NCBI GenBank assembly: GCA_945860265.1
Contig: CAMAQF010000008.1
Location: 3,810 to 67,809, forward strand
Reading direction: 5' to 3'
Origin: Emticicia agri
GTDB taxonomy: Bacteria > Bacteroidota > Bacteroidia > Cytophagales > Spirosomataceae
Length of the DNA stretch: 64,000 nucleotides
Shown: positions 58,108 to 64,000 of the stretch, piece after piece
Position numbering within the stretch: position 1 is the stretch's first letter
Layout: the number at the start of each line of letters is the position of its first letter
The notes under the pieces: generated by a model
The model's input: only the letters and a program-made list of their open reading frames with translations
What the model was told of the DNA's origin: nothing
The model's database searches: none
Made by a program: the position numbers and the translations under genes

Positions 58108-59508
58108 TTAATCCTTTTTCTTGTCTTTATCGTCTTTTTTCTCTACTTTTTTCATTATCAGTTCACCATCTTTCAGTTTTTTAGAAACAGCAATAAATGG
58201 TCCCGAAACTATTTCTTCACCTTCTTTCAAGCCACTAATCACCTCAATTGTTCCTGCGGCTGTATCGGTAATACCTGTTTTTACTTCACGAATCTTTGCT
58301 TTGTCTTTATCGTGAATAAAAACTACTTCTTTAGGTTTATCTTTCTTCGTAGGTTTTGGTTCTTGTATAGTTTCAGCTGGAGCTGCCTTATCTTTTTTGA
58401 CATCGGTGCTGGCGGCATCGTCGGCTCCACGAGTGGTTACGGCTGCAATTGGCACACTCATTACACCGATTTTCTTTTCAGTCACAATGTCAACCGTGGC
58501 AGTCATACCTGGTTTGAAAGGATATACTTTGCGAGCCTTGCGGTCAACTAATTCACGGTAAGATTCTGGCAAAATTCTGATTCTTACTTCAAACTCAGTT
58601 ACGGCATCGGATGACGCGGCAGCCAACGAACTTGATCCAGATCCATTGGCGGTATTAGCAATTTCAGTAACGATTCCTCTAAATTTTTTGCCAGTCATGG
58701 CATACGAATCTACATCAATAATGGCAGTATCGCCCAAACTTACACGCACAATGTCGTTTTCGTTTACGTTGATTCTAACCTCCATATTATTCAAATTCGC
58801 AATACGAAGTATCTCAGTACCAGCCATTTGTGAAGTTCCAACAACCCTTTCACCTAATTCAACTGCCAATTTCGATACGATACCGCTCATTGGAGCATAA
58901 ATGCTTGTTTTACGTAGGTTTTCAGACGCATCTTTCAAACCCGCTTCGGCACTTTTAACATTAAATTTAGATGCCTCAACACTTGATTTTGCTGCTTCCA
59001 AGTCTTGGCGAGCAACTTTCAAATTAGTTTCTGCAATTTCTAAATCAGATGCTGAAACAACTTTATCATCAAATAATCTTTTTTGGCGATTATATTCGGC
59101 TTGCGTTCTTGACAAACGAGCTTCCGACTGAGCAATAGTTGACTTTGCTTGCTCGGCATTTGCTTTGGTTTGATTCACTACCGCTTCTGCACGTTGAGCA
59201 ACCGAAACGTAGTTTTCTGGTTGAATTTTTAGTAAAAGTTGTCCTTTTTTTACGGAATCACCTTCTTTAACGTATAAAGCTATAATTTCACCGGGAACGT
59301 CAGGTGTGATTTTCACCTCAACTTCTGGCTGAATTTTACCCGATGCCGAAACGGTTTCTGTAATATCGGATTTTCCAACTTTTACAAATTCAACTTCGGT
59401 TGGTTTTTCTTTGCCAATCCAGCCTTGTGCTTTGGCAACCAATAAAAATATAACAAGTAGGGCAACAACGCCACCCAAAATCCACCAGAGTCTATTTGAT
59501 TTTTTCAT
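58108..59508 (-). CDS. Efflux periplasmic adaptor (MacA-like membrane fusion protein)
   Basis: VSASGKIQPEVEVKI, VKEGDSVKKGQLL, GERVVGTSQMAGT, FKPGMTA. Confidence 0.92.
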   Translation of the reverse strand: MKKSNRLWWILGGVVALLVIFLLVAKAQGWIGKEKPTEVEFVKVGKSDITETVSASGKIQPEVEVKITPDVPGEIIALYVKEGDSVKKGQLLLKIQPENYVSVAQRAEAVVNQTKANAEQAKSTIAQSEARLSRTQAEYNRQKRLFDDKVVSASDLEIAETNLKVARQDLEAAKSSVEASKFNVKSAEAGLKDASENLRKTSIYAPMSGIVSKLAVELGERVVGTSQMAGTEILRIANLNNMEVRINVNENDIVRVSLGDTAIIDVDSYAMTGKKFRGIVTEIANTANGSGSSSLAAASSDAVTEFEVRIRILPESYRELVDRKARKVYPFKPGMTATVDIVTEKKIGVMSVPIAAVTTRGADDAASTDVKKDKAAPAETIQEPKPTKKDKPKEVVFIHDKDKAKIREVKTGITDTAAGTIEVISGLKEGEEIVSGPFIAVSKKLKDGELIMKKVEKKDDKDKKKD

Positions 59509-59666
59509 TGAGAAATTTTATTTAGTCCATAGTCGATGGACACATTATAGAATTTACGAGGTACGATTTACGAAAGGTTATGCACTTCACGCTGTCGCGT
59601 TATAACTAACTCATAATCAATACTTTAATAATATTAAACTTAAGTAATTATCCATTCAAAACTCTA

Positions 59667-59698
59667 TCATTCCTAACGGGCGGCGAACCGCTTCAATC
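59667..59698. repeat. Dispersed 32-nt intergenic repeat, copy 2
   Basis: TCATTCCTAACGGGCGGCGAACCGCTTCAATC; matches 31037-31068. Confidence 0.65.
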
Positions 59699-59705
59699 AT
59701 TGAAT

Positions 59706-61181
59706 TTAAAACGAAAGCGGTTTATTTTGATAATAATCTAAAATCTTGATTCGGAAAATATAATCGTATTTGGCTTGAATCTGATTGATTCTGGCACGGT
59801 CGAGGTTTGTTTTTGAAATGCTATAATCTAATGCATTTAATGAGCCAACATTAAATCTTGATTCCGCCGCACGGAAAGACTCTTCCAAAGCACTCACTTG
59901 CTTTCCAAGTGCCGAGAATCTTTTTGCTGAATTAGTCAGGTTTACGTAGGCTTGGTCGATGTCTTGACGCAGACGTAAACGTACATTTTCTGCCTGAATT
60001 TCACTTTGTTTTTGGTTGATTTGTGCGGTTGTTAAGCGAAACTTAGTGCTATACCCATTAAAAATAGGAATTCTGACATTCAAACCTAAAGAAGCATTTC
60101 CATTACCACCCAATTGACGGAAATAATTAATTTTCTCGCTCGTTGCACTCGAAGTTGGCAAATAACCAAAAACTGGATAACGAATGCCTGCCACATTTAC
60201 ATAGCCAGCTTCAGTTTCAACAATTTTTTGAGTAAAACTTACTTTTTCAGCAGCCGTCGAATAGGATGAATTAAAAGCAGCACTAGCCGAAATGACTGGC
60301 ATTTTTAAACCTTTGGCAATATCTACCGATTTTTGTGAAGCCTTCACACGCTTATCAGCCGCTTGCACATCTGCCAAAAAACCCTGGGCAATTTCGTAAA
60401 CCTGTGCTGAAGAATTCGGATAAGGCTGAATATTTGGATTTGGCACCTCAACTCTAACAACTTCAATGTTACGATCAGCAGTTGCATTCATTAGTTGTTT
60501 TAAAGTCAATTTCGCTGAAATAATCGCATTTTCGGCATTTACAATACTTACTTCATCATTTGCCAATTGTGCTTTTATATCATACAAATTTGTTTCGGGC
60601 AACGAACCTGCATTGACTAATTTTTGTGTACGTTCGAGTTGTGTTTGTGTAACTTCAATTTGACGTTGAGAAACCGCCAATAAGTCTTGTTGAGAAAGTA
60701 CATTCAAATAACCTACCACAATATTGAGTGTGATTTGGTTTTTCATGGCTTGCAAATCTAGGCGAGAAGCTTCTAAATTTAGTTGATTCAGAGCAATGCC
60801 GTTGCGTGTTTGATAACCATCAAACAGGATTACGCCACTATTCAAACCAAAACCATTTGAACCAACCGTATTCGTAATTATACCATTGGTATAGGGATTA
60901 ATGTTTCTACCTGAAAAAAGGTTGAAGTTTGTTCCGCCATTTAGGCTTGGGTATTTTGCCCATTTCGATTGTTCGAGGGTGTTGAGTCCCTGCTCAACTT
61001 GTAGGCTATTTTGCTTGATTGAAAGATTGTTTTTCAAAGCAAAATCAATAGCTTCTTGCAAAGTCACTTTTTCTACAGTTGAAGCTGTACGCTCTCCACT
61101 TCCTGATACAGCCGACGACTGTGCGAAAGTAAGAGTATTAGCAAGTAGAAAAGTTGAAAGTAAAATTTTAGCTAATTTCAT
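59706..61181 (-). CDS. TolC-family outer-membrane protein
   Basis: TLQEAIDFALKNNL, LFDG, IPIFNG, AKYDYIFRIKILDYY. Confidence 0.92.
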   Translation of the reverse strand: MKLAKILLSTFLLANTLTFAQSSAVSGSGERTASTVEKVTLQEAIDFALKNNLSIKQNSLQVEQGLNTLEQSKWAKYPSLNGGTNFNLFSGRNINPYTNGIITNTVGSNGFGLNSGVILFDGYQTRNGIALNQLNLEASRLDLQAMKNQITLNIVVGYLNVLSQQDLLAVSQRQIEVTQTQLERTQKLVNAGSLPETNLYDIKAQLANDEVSIVNAENAIISAKLTLKQLMNATADRNIEVVRVEVPNPNIQPYPNSSAQVYEIAQGFLADVQAADKRVKASQKSVDIAKGLKMPVISASAAFNSSYSTAAEKVSFTQKIVETEAGYVNVAGIRYPVFGYLPTSSATSEKINYFRQLGGNGNASLGLNVRIPIFNGYSTKFRLTTAQINQKQSEIQAENVRLRLRQDIDQAYVNLTNSAKRFSALGKQVSALEESFRAAESRFNVGSLNALDYSISKTNLDRARINQIQAKYDYIFRIKILDYYQNKPLSF

Positions 61182-61416
61182 ACGAATGTTAGATGCTGCG
61201 GTCAAAGCTTTTCAGACCATTGACTACAACAGTGGCTTTGACAATACAATTTTACGAAAGATTCGTGTACACAGGGATAAGAAATGGATAAACGGTTTTA
61301 TTGAAGTGTAAAGCCGCAAATGGCTGTTTTGGAAGAATATGAAGTCTACTAAAAAATGAAGCCCTCACAGGCGGGAACGCCCCGTATGAAGACTTCGTTT
61401 TACATCCTTTTATCTT

Positions 61417-62217
61417 TTATTTTGAAAGTTCCTTAGCTCTATTTTCGGCTGCCAAAATACCTTTCACGATTCCATCAGGGATATTATTTTCCTGAAAAGT
61501 GCGTAAGGCCGCTTCTGTTGTTCCACCTTTTGAGGCAACAGCTTTTATCAAATCATCAAGGCTTTGCTCGGCATTATTTATTAGATGATAAGATCCCAAC
61601 ATGGTTTGCTTAACGAGCAAACTTGCCATTCCTTCGTCGAAACCCATTTTCTTACCGGCGTCTATCATGTGCTTCACAAAATAATAAAAATATGCTGGCC
61701 CGCTACCGCTCAATGCAGTTACTGCATCAATCATGTCTTCATCTTCTAAATAAACCGAACGACCTGTGGCATTGATTAGATTTTCAACTTTGCGAAGTTT
61801 TAAAGCGTCCAGTTCGGGTGAAGCCGTGAAACCTGTAATTCCCATTCCCAACATTGCGGGCGTATTTGGCATGGCTCTCACAACTAGTTTATGATCGAGA
61901 ACAGTTTGTATTTTTGACATCGGCACACCAGCCATGATTGACAAAACCACTTGTTGTGGCTGAATGACGGCACGGAGTTCGTCTTGTACGGAAGCAAAAT
62001 CTTGGGGCTTTACGGACAGTATAATCAATTCATAATCAGCAATTTGCGAGTTAATTACACTCACAACCAAGCCTTCTTTAGCAGTACGTAATGCTTCGCT
62101 ACGCTCTTGACTTTTTTCTACTAGGAGTAAGTCTGCTTTTTTTACTAAATCATACTGCAAAAATGAGCGAGCAAACGCCATACCCATATTTCCGCAGCCT
62201 ACGATGGCAATTTTCAT
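61417..62217 (-). CDS. proC: Pyrroline-5-carboxylate reductase
   Basis: GCGNMG, SVKPQ, RAMPNTP, TALSGSGPAY, VASKGGTT. Confidence 0.97.
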   Translation of the reverse strand: MKIAIVGCGNMGMAFARSFLQYDLVKKADLLLVEKSQERSEALRTAKEGLVVSVINSQIADYELIILSVKPQDFASVQDELRAVIQPQQVVLSIMAGVPMSKIQTVLDHKLVVRAMPNTPAMLGMGITGFTASPELDALKLRKVENLINATGRSVYLEDEDMIDAVTALSGSGPAYFYYFVKHMIDAGKKMGFDEGMASLLVKQTMLGSYHLINNAEQSLDDLIKAVASKGGTTEAALRTFQENNIPDGIVKGILAAENRAKELSK

Positions 62218-62340
62218 GATAAAAGGTCTTTTAACCCTAAAAAGAGGGGTGTTTTATTAAAAAAATTGAGCCTTTAAGGGAAAACACTCAATGAAAGTAC
62301 AAAAATAAGTTTTAGGTTTGAGATTTACCAAGTACCACGC

Positions 62341-63342
62341 TTATTTATCTGACTGATAAATGGTTAGCTCATCACCCAAAAGATTTTGCAGGGACATCAT
62401 CTTAATATTTTTAGGCAAAACTGGAGCCAAAATTCCTTTTTTGAGTTGTTTCTGACTTCTAAAAACTCTAATTTCGTCAAATAGCTCTGTTTCAATAAAA
62501 CTTTGCAAAAGCTTCGTTCCGCCTTCAATGATGATTGATTGTAGCCCCCCTGCCCCTGATGGGGGAGCTATTGACAATAGTTCTATTATTATTGAATGTA
62601 CATTTGGCAAATTTAATGTAAGTCCACCGATTAAAACTCCCTCATTAGTGGAAGAGGTGACTGCTTTCCTACTTCCAATCATAACTCGTACAGGATTTCG
62701 GCCAGTCCATTCTCTTACATTTAGTCTTGGTTTATCGTGCAAAGCAGTATTTGTTCCGACCATGATGGCATCTTCTTCGCTCCGCCATTTATGCGAAAGT
62801 TTGTGCGAAAGTGCATTACTAATCTTGATTTGCTCGAAATTTTCGCCAGCAATAAAACCATCAGCCGTTTCAGCCCACTTCAAAATAATATAAGGTCTGT
62901 TTTTCTCAACTACCGTAAAAAAACGAGCATTTAATTGTCTTCCTTTTTCTTCTAAAACTCCAGTAACTACCTCAATACCAGCATCCAGTAGTTTCTGAAT
63001 GCCTTTACCAGCAACCAAAGGAAAGGGGTCGTGGTTACAAATCACGACTTTTTTTAGTTGATACTTAACCAGCAAATCGGCACACGGAGGCGTTTTTCCG
63101 AAGTGTGTGCAAGGTTCGAGAGTTACGTAGGCAGTCGCTTCCGAAAGTAAGGTTTTATCTTTTACCGAGTTTACTGCATTTACTTCAGCGTGCCAATCGC
63201 CGTGTTTTTTGTGCCAGCCCTCACCGATAATCACATCATTCTGCACAATTACGCAACCCACCATTGGGTTTGGACTTACAGTTCCTCTACCGATTTCTGC
63301 CAGTTGCAAGGCACGGAGCATGTATTTTTCGTTGAAATCCAA
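62341..63342 (-). CDS. ribD: Riboflavin biosynthesis bifunctional deaminase/reductase
   Basis: SPNPMVGCVIV, HAEVNA, TLEPCTHFGKTPPC, KWAETADGF, IIEGG. Confidence 0.95.
   Translation of the reverse strand: MDFNEKYMLRALQLAEIGRGTVSPNPMVGCVIVQNDVIIGEGWHKKHGDWHAEVNAVNSVKDKTLLSEATAYVTLEPCTHFGKTPPCADLLVKYQLKKVVICNHDPFPLVAGKGIQKLLDAGIEVVTGVLEEKGRQLNARFFTVVEKNRPYIILKWAETADGFIAGENFEQIKISNALSHKLSHKWRSEEDAIMVGTNTALHDKPRLNVREWTGRNPVRVMIGSRKAVTSSTNEGVLIGGLTLNLPNVHSIIIELLSIAPPSGAGGLQSIIIEGGTKLLQSFIETELFDEIRVFRSQKQLKKGILAPVLPKNIKMMSLQNLLGDELTIYQSDK
62542..62570. repeat. GC-rich palindromic repeat inside the ribD coding sequence
   Basis: TAGCCCCCCTGCCCCTGATGGGGGAGCTA, translated as IAPPSGAGGL. Confidence 0.65.
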
Positions 63343-63446
63343 TGGAATTAATGAGTGAATTAGTGAATGAATGAATTAGTGAATATTTTTGTGAACGAAT
63401 AAAGCGACAACCGCATTATTTTCGTTTTTCTCACAAATGCAAATTT

Positions 63447-64000
63447 ATGCAATCAAGTAAACATTTATACGATAATTTACTTCAACAAATTACGACTTAT
63501 GAATCGCAAGAAGCAAAAGAAATTGTTTTTTGGTTAATGGAATTTTATTTAGGTCTTAGAAAAATAGATATTCTTGGTGATAAATCGTTCGAAAAGGCCA
63601 TTGATTGGACAAATATTATCGAGAGATTAAATAATAATGAGCCAATCCAATACATTTTGGGTGAAACAGAATTTTACGGACGAAGATTTTTAGTTAATGA
63701 TTCAGTATTAATTCCAAGACCTGAAACCGAGGAACTGGTAAAATATATTATTAAAAAACAAAAAAACCAATTTTCAGTAAAAAGAAAACAGTTATCAATT
63801 CTCGACATCGGCACTGGAAGTGGCTGTATTGCTATTTCACTTGCGAAAGAATTGCCAAATTTTATAGTATCAGCATACGATATTTCAAAAAATGCCCTCG
63901 AAACAGCAAAAAAGAATGCCGAATTAAATAAAGCTAACGTAAATTTTGAAAAAGTAGATATTTTAAAACCCCCATTCATTCATTCACTCTTTCAATATCC
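63447..64000 (+). CDS. prmC: Release factor glutamine methyltransferase PrmC/HemK; partial, runs off the window (not in the ORF track)
   Basis: Hand translation: MQSSKHLY...EPIQYILGETEFYG...VLIPRPETEEL...LDIGTGSGCIAISL. Confidence 0.95.
   Translation, partial: MQSSKHLYDNLLQQITTYESQEAKEIVFWLMEFYLGLRKIDILGDKSFEKAIDWTNIIERLNNNEPIQYILGETEFYGRRFLVNDSVLIPRPETEELVKYIIKKQKNQFSVKRKQLSILDIGTGSGCIAISLAKELPNFIVSAYDISKNALETAKKNAELNKANVNFEKVDILKPPFIHSLFQY

Noticed and set aside
58003..58551. 182-aa hydrophobic plus-strand ORF
   Set aside because: Antisense to the Lys-rich end of the efflux adaptor; Phe richness mirrors AAA codons
63674..63979. 101-aa minus-strand ORF
   Set aside because: Antisense to prmC

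Overview
AT-rich chromosomal window from a Bacteroidota genome, probably Cytophagales (inferred from gldH, porT, an Oar-like TonB receptor, a SerB-SerA fusion and TAnnTTTG promoters). It holds about 50 CDSs, mostly housekeeping or transport (nrdB, oxyR, kup, purD, ccmF, ubiE/menG, serA, EmrAB-TolC/MarR, pgm, smpB, hflX, rnr, gpsA, proC, ribD, prmC). I saw no rRNA, tRNA, CRISPR array, prophage or intact transposase. Two loci stand out. (1) An unannotated two-gene module at 29362-32298: a membrane protein with two motifs that reproduce the spacing of the PmoC/AmoC CuC and CuD copper sites, next to an exported protein with a predicted mature N-terminal His, two TM helices and His-rich periplasmic domains (PmoB-like topology). 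(2) A degenerate DUF2064 nucleotidyl/glycosyltransferase-fold protein ending in a RAPP ribosome-arrest-like motif, directly upstream of a hairpin and a TonB-dependent receptor (1-3761). The window also has several decayed gene relics in apparent intergenic DNA, three toxin-antitoxin-like pairs, two candidate sRNAs, REP-like repeats (one inside ribD) and a Q/N-rich tail on RicT. All family calls come from motif recognition by eye; no database search was run.
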